Shown: in pieces, positions 45,505 to 56,579 of the stretch
Position numbering within the stretch: position 1 is the stretch's first letter
Layout: the number at the start of each line of letters is the position of its first letter
Source: Cyanophora paradoxa CCMP329
Taxonomy: Eukaryota; Plantae; Glaucophyta
Assembly: GCA_004431415.1 (NCBI GenBank)
Contig: QPMI01000434.1
Span: 124,001-188,000 of the forward strand
Reading direction: 5' to 3'
Length of the DNA stretch: 64,000 nt
Position numbers and translations under genes: made by a program
The notes under the pieces: model-generated
Databases searched by the model: none
What the model saw: only the letters and a program-made list of their open reading frames with translations
What the model was told of the DNA's origin: nothing

Positions 45505-45604
45505 GAGAGAGAAATGCAGTAGACACATCCATGCCAGCAAGACTGGGTATGACAAAGCCGCAGAGGCCCCGAATGGGACATGCAAGGCCCGTCAGGGACC
45601 CACT
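45505..45604 (-). repeat. 3' end of a second retro-element family with (TC)n tail; other copies at ~45878-45982 (+) and ~50856-50957 (+)
   Basis: GTGGGTCCCTGACGGGCCTTGCACGTCCCATTCGGGGCCTCTGCGGCTTTGTCATACC...TCTCTCTC occurs three times, in both orientations. Confidence 0.6.
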
Positions 45605-46254
45605 GTTCAGTGCCGACATGTCAATGTTCAAGCTTCTTGCCCATGTTCCTGCTACTAGGCTAAGAATTGCCCTTTCTTTGCCAGACATGGCCAGAATTCA
45701 ACACCAAAACTCGATGTTCGATGACAGATCTTAAACATAAATGATCAAACCTTTGATATACATTGCATGTGCTTCTTTTGCATCATTTCATGGATCTGTT
45801 CTGAAATGCTCTTTTCTTCTTTTTCAATTCATGAACAAGAGATTCATGGGTCACGGCGTTCAATTTCAAACTTAGGGTAGGTCCCTGGCGTGCCTTGCAT
45901 GTCCCACTCGGGGCCTCTGCGGCGTTGCCATACCTTATCACCCCAGTCCACGGGCGTGTCTTTTGCTTCATCTCTCTCTCTCAATTTCAAACTAACAAGC
46001 CGACCTTTCCGCCACCATTGCTAACTGCTGCCTGCGCTTCGGCAATGAATCGGCATAGCATTGTCTGCTTGCTGCGCATCGCCGCCGTCAGACGCTGTTG
46101 TAAACCTCCCTCGACTCACCTCGCTTGCTCCGCATGCCGCTGCCGGATGCTGTCGCACACCTCCTTCGACTCACCTCAGGTGTGCTCCTACTCGTGAGTC
46201 AGAGACACAGACCCAGGCCCAGTCTTCTACTGCTCCTGGTTGGTTCACTGTCGA

Positions 46255-49200
46255 CACAGTGCTTCACCGCCGCGTTTTGAGCCAAGTATGAAGGTCTGGG
46301 GCCGCATGATGTCAGCATGATGCCGCAATGATGAAAAGTGATGCCGAGTCACGGTTTTTGAATTATTTTGGGAGAACGTAGTGAAGTAACTTGGCTCGGA
46401 TCCGAACCCGAGCAAAACGTTTGTATGGGGACGAGAATAGCTCGGCGACTAGCCCCGCGGCGGCAGGACTAGCCCCGCGCGCGCGCGCGCGGCTATAGGC
46501 TTTCCCATGCGTCCTCTTTCGGAATCTTCATCGCTTTTGACGGCTTCTTCAAAAAAATTTTCCCAGCGATCTCATTGGGCGAGCGGGGGCACCAGGAACA
46601 GCCACCAACAGGTCCCACAACTCGCGCCGAGCGACCTCCGTTGGCGATGCGCATCGCTCCTAGAGCGTCTTACAAGCGCGGGAAGCGATGCGGGAGCCGC
46701 GCGCCTTGCGCGAATCGCCCCGATGATGCGCGGAGCCAGAAAAAAAGCCAAAAAAACGCGCTTTGCCTACCCCGTGAAGCAAAAGAACTCGCTTCCCGCA
46801 CGCCCTGGAGCTTCTTGAGAAGTGAAAGCGCGGTGTCGGCGAGATAGGACCAGCCGCGCCGAGAAAGCCCACGCGCGCGACCAGCAGCCGCTCAGAATGC
46901 GCTGCACGACCTGCCTTGGAAGCACGACGGAACTTCGAAGGACGTTTCTGCCAGGTTGCTGTGCCCCTGCCCGTCGCGCAGCCGCCCGGCTGAACTGCTG
47001 CCGATCAGCTGAACTGCTGCCGATCGCAGTACTCCGCCGCTGGCTTCGGCAGCACTAAGATACTGCTGCAGTTCGTGAACCTGCTAACCCTGACTTGGGC
47101 GGCAGAGCGCGCGCCGGGCGCTGGTCGGAGTCGCTAAGGCCTTGGCGGGCTGCAGCGCGCGGGGCCGCCGGGCTCGCCGGACGTGGCGGGCGGGCGGGCG
47201 GCGACGCGGCTCTCCGTACGGGGTGGAGGCTCGGCGGGCGGCGGCGCGGCTCGCTGGATGGCGCGGGGGCGCGCCGGGCGGCCCCCGGCCCAAGTTCACC
47301 GGCAGCGCGGCTCGCCGGGCGGGGCGGGGGCGCGGCGGGCGGCGGCGCGGCTCGCCGGGCGGGGCGGAGGCGCGGCGGGCGGCGGCGCGGCTCGCGGGGC
47401 GGGGCGGGGGCGCGGCGGGCGGCGGCGCGGCTCGCCGGGCGGGGCGGAGGCCCGGCGGGCGGCGGCGGGGCTCGCCGGGCGGGGCGGAGGCGCGGCGGGC
47501 GGCGGCGGGGCTCGCCGGGCGGGGCGGGCGCGCGGCGGGCGGCGGCCCGGCTCGCGGGGCGGGGCGGGGGCGCGGCAGGTGGCGGCGCGGCTCGCCGGGC
47601 GGGGCGGAGGCGCGGCGGGCGGCGGCGGAGCTCGCGGGGCGGGGCGGGGGCGCGGCGGGCGGCGGCGCGGCTCGCGGGGCGGGGCGGAGGCGCGGCGGGC
47701 GGCGGCGCGGCTCGCCGGGCGGGGCGGGGGCGCGGCGGGCGGCGGCGCGGCTCGCCGGGCGGGGCGGGGGCGCGGCGGGCGGCGGCGCGGCTCGCCGGGC
47801 GGGGCGGGGGCGCGGCGGGCGGCGGCGGGGCTCGTCGGGCGGGGCGGGTGCCCGGCGGGTGGCGGCGGGGCTCGCCGGGAGGGGTGGGCGCGCGACGAAC
47901 GGCGGCGCCGCTTGCCGGACGAGGCGGGGGGCGCGGCGGGCGGTGGCGGGGCTCGGAGGGGCGGCTGATCATGAGGGGCCCCATCCCTGCCATGTCCCAC
48001 CGGCCCGATCCGCCCTGTTCTTGTACCTGCTGCCTTGTAGAGCATGTGAAGAACTCAAATAGCTTTCGTTTATCGCTTTTCTGGCCCCAGCAGAGCCTGT
48101 GCCGTGCCTGGGTGCCGTGCCTTAGCTGCCTTCCCTCATTTTGACGGTCACGCCGACAAATATTGAACCACCAGCGCGCCATCTCGATATAAATGAGTGA
48201 CATTCTGAAAGAATAGTATCTTAAGAGTGTGTGTACTCATTTTCGCAGCGAGCGCGAACGTTTCGGACGATCCACGTTAACATGAGTCTTTAGACCAGAG
48301 TTCTAGACCTGACTTCACTAAGTTCATCATCAGTTCTACTTCAACATCGATTAAGCCTCAGGGCCTGCTCATCGTCCGGAACGTTCGTCGAAGCATGATG
48401 TTTGAGTTAAAATGAGATATTTAGACTATGTACATCATGATCTCAAAGCGGGAAGTCGCTGGGAGTACTGGGTCTTCGAGCCGCCGGGCAGGCTCGAGCC
48501 GCAGGCCTTCCCTGCGCACGCGCGGGTCCGGCCCACTGCGCTTGAGTGAAAAGCCGGTGCTAGTGCGGGTTAACCCGCGGCCGGAAGCCTTGACAGGGCC
48601 CGCGGCCCGACCGCCGCGGCGGTACGCCGTGATAACCCCAGGGCACCTGCGCATGCCCGTGCTAGCGCTCCGCCGCGTGCCGCGGGTGCAGCTCGAAGCG
48701 GGGCGCGCCCTGCGGGCTCGTGTATGTTCTAAAGAAGATGAACATGCGACTGCAAGCGGCGAGAGCCTCAGGGAAGCCGAGCAGCTAAAGTCGCCCGCGG
48801 CTTAGGCCGCGCGCGGGGAAGTCCGACTTGCGATTGGCGAGCCTCGGAGCGCGGGCCGCCGTGCGCTGATCATGATCATTTCGGGTCCGGCCACAAAGCT
48901 TAAGTTCCCTGCCAGGCTGTAGCTCGCCATCCCATCCCTCGTTCCAAACAACGCAATGTGCTGAAAGCGTAGAGTCGAGTGCTTGATCATTACAGAATAC
49001 GCATGAACAAATGCTATGCTATGCTATGCGGCAGAGAGCTGTGCGCAGCGCAAGGAGCGCCAAGGATGCTTGCGGCGGGAGCCAGGAGAGCCGGCCACAG
49101 CGGCGGGGCTATGAGGGGCGCGGGCTGGGAGCCGGCTGGCCGCGGCGGGGACAATGGAACGCCGCGCGACGACGGGCAGCGCCGGATGGCGCAGGGCGAC

Positions 49201-50215
49201 AGAAAACTGGCCGAGGCTGGCGGGCAGCGCCGGGTGCATGCGGCGGGGAGAATGGGGCGGCACGGGACGCACGGGACGCAACAGATAGCCGCCGAGTGCC
49301 ACGTCGGGGCGAGCAGAAGAACTGGCGGCGGAACGGTGAGCAACTGGCGACGACGCAAAAGGGAGAGAAAGGAAACCGGCGCACCGCGACAAGCGGGCCG
49401 CGCCTACATCTGGCAAAGCTGCGGTGCGCAGCTGCTAGCAGCGAGCATCGCCGTCACCGTAACCGTTCTGCAGCGTGCCAGCAACTGGAGCATGTGAGAA
49501 CAGCGGACGGAAGGGGCACTTCGCGGAGGCCGCGAACCATGTGAACTGCGATGATTGACCACAACGAAATGTCTCCGCGCCGTTCCCCTGCGGATAGACT
49601 GCGTCACACAACTGGGAGGCAGGATCCGTGCACCTGGCCGGAAAAGCAACGCTCTGACCTGGGCAGGCTGTTATGATGAGTCTTTAGAGCCAGTCTACGC
49701 AGCTGGAGCGCTTAGCTGTGGCCGGGATTCGACCAGGACCATGTGACCGTTGCATGCGATTCGCTAAAACGACCGCACCTGAGCCTCCAGTCCCGCCTCA
49801 ACATCTTGTGAGTTGTCCTCTAAAGCTGCTGAGCTGCGCGGGAGACGAGATGGTCAGGAAAACCGGGAAACGCGGGGCCGGCAAGCGTCACACCTGCGGG
49901 CGGCCTGGCTTGCGATGATGTCTGCCCAGTATTGAACCTGCGGACGACGGCGCGAGCGCGTGCGCTAGCAGGTGCGAGCGCCCGGGGCCGGCATGCTTGG
50001 CATGCGTAGCGGGCGGGCGGTCTGTCTAGATCTGTACCCGACGACGGACGTTGCCAACTGGACGTGTTCGCGAACTTGTTCGCGAACTGATGATGATGAT
50101 CATCATGATGCATCATAATTTTTTCGCGTCCAAAACTGGCTCTAACTCTGACATCATCGCCAATTTCCCCATTGATAACTCACATCTGGTGCAAAACCGC
50201 CCGTGAAGCGCTGTG
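46255..50215. mobile_element. Non-autonomous CMC/EnSpm(CACTA)-like DNA transposon
   Basis: Imperfect TIRs CACAGTGCTTCACCGCCGCGTTTTG vs CACAGCGCTTCACGGGCGGTTTTG (rc); 3-bp TSD CGA at 46252-46254 and 50216-50218; splits the LINE 3' UTR precisely. No transposase seen. Confidence 0.75.
47230..47960 (+). repeat. 40-bp GC-rich minisatellite (about 15 copies)
   Basis: Unit CTCGCCGGGCGGGGCGGGGGCGCGGCGGGCGGCGGCGCGG repeated head-to-tail without spacers. Confidence 0.9.
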
Positions 50216-52387
50216 CGATTGTGCTTCGGACCTTCGGGTCCTTCGCCTTTCGTCAAAACCGCACAACCGGCTTGGGCGTGTCTTATACATACTCTTCTTC
50301 TTCTTCTTCTACTGCTCCTGCTAATAAGCGCTCGCGGACTTCTGACGGTCGGACGCTGTTATACACCTTCCTTGACTCACCTTGCTTGCTCCGCATGCCG
50401 CTGTTGGACGCTGTCGCATACCTCCCTCGACTCACCTCAGCTCTGCTGCTTGTGAGGAGATTATTTGTTTCCATTCCCTTCAGCGAGCCTAGGCCTTTGC
50501 CACTGCTCAGCAGATTACTCGTGAATCCGTTGCACAGGCTCAGGCCCAGTCTTCTGAACCTGCTAATACGTGCACTCGTCTTTCTGATCCTGAGTTTAAT
50601 GGCTCTTCTGTTGGTATGGCAGATGCTGCTTTTCATGAGTAATCCTGCGTGACACTTGAGCTTGTGTCCTTCCTTTGCCCGGGGCAAACCCTGATACCCT
50701 CGGGCCGCCCGACAGGGAGCGGGCCGTCACGGGGATTCAGGCTCTTCCTATGTGGCGCCGTCGGGTGTCCACATAGGTTGGCTTTCCATTCTGCTGGCGC
50801 CCTGGGGGTGGTGGCCCAGGGTCCTGTACGTGGCTTCCACTCACTCCCCACGCTAGTGGGTCCCTGACGGGCCTTGCACGTCCCATTCGGGGCCTCTGCG
50901 GCTTTGTCATACCCAGTCTTGCTGGCGTGGATGTGTCTACTGCATTTCTCTCTCTCTCAAACTTATTGCAATTCAAGTGATGATTGCCCTGGCTAATTTT
51001 TCTGGCTAAAGCTAAGAATTGCCCTTTAATCTCTTTGCCAGCCAAGAATCCAATTGCAATGCACTATGGTTCATGACAAAACACAAATGATGAAGCCTAG
51101 CTTTGCCAAAAGTTGGACTACGTATACATTGCATCTTGTGCATTGTTTCATGATTACATGATCAGTGTTTAATTTCTACATCTTTCATGCACTCAGATCT
51201 GTTCTGTTCTTTATGTCCAGTGCTTCAGCTTTTTCTGTTCTGTCTTCAAAATTTTAGTATTTTAGTATTTAGTTTTAATTAGTAAAAGAAGAAGAAGAAG
51301 AATAAACCACAAGAAATCTAAGATCCCTAAATAACACTGGGGGGGTGCGGGGGGGCGGAGCCCCCCTGCTTGTACATAAGCTTTTTGAAAGCACGAGCCT
51401 CGCTCTTTAATTTGGGCCATGGCCAGCCTGGCAGGTGAGCTGACTGCGCGGCCGGACGGCTCTCGCAACTATCTCTGAGATATCCGCCCGGGGCCCGCAG
51501 ATCATCGGATGCCCTCCGTGCGCGTGCCCGCGCACAGCCCGCAGCTGCAGGGCCCGGCCGGGCGCAGTCCGCTAGAGCTCGGGGCTTGTGCTCTCCGGAT
51601 CCTCCTCCAGGATCTGATCGATATCCGGTCCCATTCCCATCGACAGCGTGAATTCGAATTTGGGCTTCTAGATCTATTTGAACACGTGCACTAGTACTGT
51701 GACAGGATTTTGAATTCTCCCCCTTCGTAACTTAGTAATTTCTCGCTCATCGCGATCGATTCGAAATGATACTCATGTTTTTTTCATCATGATCAACTAG
51801 CTTGTTCCTGATGCAACATCCCCCCGCGGCCGGGTCCACAGTGACTCCACACCCACTGGGCCACCCCTCCCGAGCCCCATATCCCTACTCCTCGAGCAAA
51901 TCTGTGTTGAAGGCCCCACATGCTATGTCAGGGCGTAGGGACTTTAAGAACCTGGTTTTCTAGATATATATAGCTAGATATAGCTATATATCTAGATCTA
52001 GATCTAGCTATAGAGATCTGTATACGTACACGTGTATACGCAGCTATACTAACTGAATATAGCACACGTACACGCTGACTTGTTAACACACTACCACGCA
52101 GAAAGGCCTAGGAATAGCAACTAGGAATAGCTTTAGCAGCAGCTAGTGAAACCAAATACTCAAATTGCAAAGTTAACTCGGTAAGCGCTGATCATGAACT
52201 TTCCTTGCGTGCAATGAGGAGTACTAATGCGCGTGCACGTGGCTTTACAGATCGGTCTGGCGCAGTAGTTAATCGATAATGTTAGTCTAAGCTTAAATAG
52301 AAGCGTGAGGGAACGTGGTGCAAGCTGGGCGAACGACTAGAGAAAGGTGTGCAGTGGGCGCCGTCCCCCGGAGACCGTCGGCGTCGT

Positions 52388-53926
52388 CTAGACCTTGGGC
52401 GGGTAGTTCGAATCCTGGGTCGGGGGGTACCCTGTTCGAGGCGAACGGTCAGCGCTTTTGGTGGCCGACGTCGATGCAGGTAGTGGGTTCGCAATTGCAT
52501 GGACCTTGTTGTTGGGGGTACCCTTGCGGTTGCTGCTGGGGGTACCCGTATTGCTGCTGCTGAGGCGGGTACCCCTGCTGAGGGGGGTATCCCTGCTGCT
52601 GTGGCGGGTACCCTTGCTGGGGCGGGTAGCCCTGCTGGGGTGGGTAGCCCTGCTGGGGCGGGTACTGAGCGGGCTGCGCGTACGCCGGCTGCGCCTGGTA
52701 CACCGGAGGCGGCGGGGCTGCGAAACGGGAGGGCGGGGTCAGGAGCGCCTCATGAGCAGAACGAAGGGTGTTAGTGCGGGACGGACCCATCATGACGGGC
52801 TGCTGGATGATCGTCGTCTGCGGCATGATCTGGCCCGTCGCTATCCGGCCCCGCTTCCTGCCGCCGGCGTCAGAAGGGGGGAAGGTGGAGAAAGAGCATC
52901 GGGCCTCAGAACGCACTTCACTTCACGCGCGTCCTGGGCGATGGCGCAGCAGGGGCACCAGCAGTAGAGGCAGCAGTCCTCGCAGGTGGAGCCCTCGATG
53001 TTGTAGCCCGCCCGGATCTTCGTTCGCTTGCCGGCGCCGATGAGGCAGGTGCCTGGGAACGGGGATGTCGTCAGCGGAGCGCGCGAACTTCACAGGCGAG
53101 ACCCTCGGAGAGCTCAGGCCCAGTCACTGTGCGACTCGGAGCGGGGCGAAGTACGCGGCCGTGGGCGCACGCACCGAGGCCTGTAAAATAATCCATGCAG
53201 CAGATGACAGCGACAGAACCACAGCAAGAGCTGTGGGCGCCGGCCCGCGGTCAGACGCGAGGGACGGGGAGCCCTGCGCCGCGCGGGAGCCGCCGGCCTC
53301 GCACGCACCTCCCGTCGAATTCAGAGTCCGTGAGGCCGATTTGGATCTGGGGGCAGCAGAAGGACATGAAGCCTGCGGGCCGGGCAGGCTAGCTGTGAGC
53401 GAGGGCCGGAACGCCCAGAGCGCGGGTTAGGTCCACGCCGGCGCCCTCGCGCAAGCTGGCCCCCGGAAGCTCGATCCTTCTACCCCGAGATTCTATGCAG
53501 TCTAGGGGTCTTAGGGCAGGTTGGACGCGCGCGGACGCGTACGCGCGCGTGCATCTCGGGCCATAGTTGGAGGAGGCGGGACGCGCGCGGACGCGCGCGC
53601 GCGCCATCTCGGCGCGCTGATCGGGAGACCGGAAAGTCAAGGGACGCACAGCTCGCGGGGTCGTTGAAGCATTCGCAAAGGCTAGATGTGTATCTTCCTG
53701 GAGGCACTACGACATTCTGCGCCGAGGCGGGAAGCGCGTTAGCTTTGGCCAAGCTGGCAGCTACAGCTGGGACCCAGGAGGGAAGCTTGCAGCGAGGCGC
53801 TTTGCAAACCTGCTGTATTACGGTTGTCTGCATCACTGCCTGCGCGGGGATCGGTCAGGACCGAGCTGCGGGGATCCAGCTGCGCCAGCACGACACAGCA
53901 AGGTCGGCGACCTGTGGGGCCATCAT
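52388..53926 (-). CDS. PLAC8-family protein, paralog 3 (close paralog of 12504-13759)
   Basis: MQTTVIQQ / NVVVPPGRYTSSLCECFNDPASC / FCCPQIQIGLTDSEFDG / IRAGYNIEGSTCEDCCLYCWCPCCAIAQDAREVK / KRGRIATGQIMPQTTIIQQPVMM / (GYPPQQ)n ... NYPPKV*. Confidence 0.88.
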
Positions 53927-54288
53927 CACTTGTTGCTGGACGTAAGCCATCCGGGTCCGGGGTCCGGCAACTTGCGGCGGCAAGGCTTGCTGTTTCGGTT
54001 CAGAGTTTCAGGTGCGTACGATGTTGTACCCGTCTTCACGTCATCGTCGACTCTCGTCATCCGCGTTCACTGCAATGCGGGGCGCTACGAGCACTAATGC
54101 GGGTTAGCGAGATCTGCTGTGATGATCTTATCGCCCTCGAACCCGCATGCGCAGGTGTGCCGGTCGGCGATGTCTAGATCTCTCCGCTCCTGCAAAAGAA
54201 AGGCAGCGCGGCAGAGGACGAGGTCATTCGGAAGATCGCGTCGGCGTGCGAGAAGTGGGGCCCGCGTGCGCGCGTGCGCGTTCGCGCC

Positions 54289-54580
54289 AGCTGCGGGTCG
54301 AGGAGGTGTTCAAAGAGACGATGATGCTGTACCAAAACACCTGCGATCACATCATCTCCTTCCACAACTGCTTCTGCAAGGTCCGCCGCGCCCGGCCCTT
54401 GCAACGCGCCCTGCAGCGCTGGTGGAGGATCGCGTTTCGCGCGTGCTGAGCGGATGCCAAACTCCGCAGGACGCGTCCTTCTACTTGATCACCGAGTACA
54501 TGGACCAGGGCAGCCTATCGGACGTGATGAAGCGGAACGGGTTGTTCTCTGAGGATATCCTCGCGGACATCGCGCAGCAG
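54289..54580 (+). pseudogene. MAP2K/STE-like protein kinase fragment (subdomains III-VIa only)
   Basis: LRVEEVFKETMMLYQNTCDHIISFHNCFCK / DASFYLITEYMDQGSLSDVMKRNGLFSEDILADIAQQ. No HRD or DFG follows. Confidence 0.6.
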
Positions 54581-54639
54581 GTGTGCCCAGCTGCACGCGC
54601 TCTAGACCTGCAGCTGGCGTCACACGCGCCCGTCTCAGC

Positions 54640-55334
54640 TGCAGGCGCCTTTCATGTGGTTTGCCGTGGCGTAGACACTGGCTTCGTCGAGAGTGAGATG
54701 CGCGCCTTCTTCGCGCTCCCAGCCGACGAGAAGCCGTGCGCCACGCCCGGCCCTCGACTGGTGTTTTGCGGCCTCTGCTGAGTGCACGGCGCGCGCAGGG
54801 GTCGAGTCGGGACGCAGAGAGCGCCCGCGGATGGTTTGAGGACGAGCAGGTGAGCCCTTTGAGCTTCTGGGCGGCTGTGGGCGATGCGCGGGCGCGCGCG
54901 TGGGCGGGCTGATCGTGAGTTCGGGCAGGGCGAGGGCTTCGACTACCGCCACGGGTGGCAGTCGCCTCGCCCCGGAGCGCGTGTACCCCCACGCCTTCAA
55001 GGATCACGCCTCGGGGGAGGTGACCCCGGCCCCCGCAGGCCACTCGGGGCTCGAGCTCGCCGGTCGCCGGGGCGGCGCGGCGGGGAGAGCCCGTCGCGCT
55101 GACGCTCAGCGGCTGCTTAGACTGGGAAGATGTCGACGCGGGTAGCCCCTCCCTCCAGGTCTGAATCTTTGAATTCGAAGGGCCCTCTAGAGGCACGAGG
55201 CTTCCCCCGCCGCTGAGGCTCCGGAGCAGGTTCGGTTCCGGGGTACGGGGCGCTGGCTCCCCGTGGCCCCCGTCATGGGCGCCCTCTTCGTCGTCCTCGG
55301 CGAGATGGCGCGCCGTACCCACCTCCCTTTCCGC

Positions 55335-55365
<31 letters not shown>

Positions 55366-55757
55366 TCTGACCCGCCGCCGCGCGAGCAGGTGCAGGTCCT
55401 GAGCAACGACCGCTTCTGTGCGGCGAAACTCGTCTCCTCGGCGGCGGCCCCGCAGGCGAGCGCCGTGCCCCCTCGCCTAGCTCGCTGGATCGCTGACTCG
55501 CCGACTCGCTGCCCCCTTAGTCACGACACTGCGCATCCTTCCTCTACGTCCGGGACCCCTCGGCCGTCGTCGCCCCCGCCCCGGGCTCCGGGCCGCCCCT
55601 GTGCGCCCGGGGACCTGCGCGCGCCGTGCCTGACCGCCTGCAGAGTCTGACCGCGCCGAGGCGCCAGGTACGAGCCCATCGTCTGGGGCGAGCTTCTGCT
55701 AAAGCGGTGCGGGCGGCCCGCCCGCGCGCGCGTCGTCCGATCTCACTGATCCAGTGA
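54640..55757 (+). pseudogene. Degenerate 2OG-Fe(II) dioxygenase (DIOX_N/IPNS-like)
   Basis: GAFHVVCRGVD...RAFFALPADEK, WLPVAPVMGALFVVLGEMA, QVLSNDRF, RYEPIVWGELL. The HxD...H triad is not clearly retained. Confidence 0.55.
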
Positions 55758-56579
55758 GTCGCGGCCGCCGGCGGCTCGCAGGACTGCTCCGGAGGCCGGA
55801 GACGACGCTGAGGTGCTCCCCCCCCCCCCCCCCCCAAACCCCCCCCCCCCCCTCCCCCTCCCCCCCCCCCCCCCCCCCCTCCCCCGATGATCTGCCGGCC
55901 TGGTGCCGATCCCGACGCCGCCGGGGCACGCAGATCAGCTGGTACCGCACGGACAGGACAGGAGAGGGCGAGCAGCGGAGGCCAAGTCGGGCGGGTGTCC
56001 CCTCCACAGGCTCTGGCCCTTCTCAGGCTTCTCCTGCTCGTAGCCTAGGCTCCTGAGGCCTGAGGACTATAGCTAGTTAGTCTAGATATAGTAGTACTAG
56101 ATCACCGAGGCACTGGCATCAGATTGATTGATTGAACAACACATTTTAAAATATTGTGACAGGCCTGAAGACTTCCTGATGAACTTAGTAAAGCTGTTCG
56201 ACGCGTACGGAGTTCCAATGAGCGCGTGCGGGCCGGCCGCGGGTCGGCCGCAGTGGAGGGACGCTCACCCAGAATAAGAACTGGACCAGGGCGGGCGCGG
56301 CCGTGGGCCGCCTGCAGCTGCGCCAATCACCGGGCACAGCGGCGGCCGGGCCTAGCCTCAGACGAGGTCGAGGGCGCAGCTGCAGCCAGGAGGGCGGAGG
56401 AAGCCGGCATAGAGGCAGCGGCAGCGCTAGCAGCAGCCGGCGTGGAGGAGGCGCGTGATTCTTGAGCGCTCACTGGGCCGGCCGGCCCGGGCGTAGGCCG
56501 TGGCCATGCTGACCAGCCTGGCAGGTCCCCGAACACCACTTCCGAGGCCGCGCGCGTCGGTCGGCGAGGAGAGGTACCT

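Larger units (their letters stand above)
46239..50304 (+). mobile_element. 5'-truncated (~105 bp net) copy of the LINE 3' end, interrupted by the CACAG element
   Basis: GTTGGTTCACTGTCGA / TTGTGCTTCGG...CTTATACATAC(TCT)n matches the reverse complement of ~15513-15612. Flanked by TSD TCTTCTACTGCTCCTG at 46223-46238 and 50305-50320. Confidence 0.8.

Noticed and set aside
47230-47960. Possible CRISPR array (also considered for the 36-bp repeats at 32333-32728)
   Set aside because: Units are contiguous with no unique spacers, no cas genes are present, and the 36-bp units are in-frame coding repeats.
47055-48203. Several 250-380 aa Arg/Gly/Pro/Ala ORFs on both strands
   Set aside because: They are translations of the stop-free 40-bp GC minisatellite.
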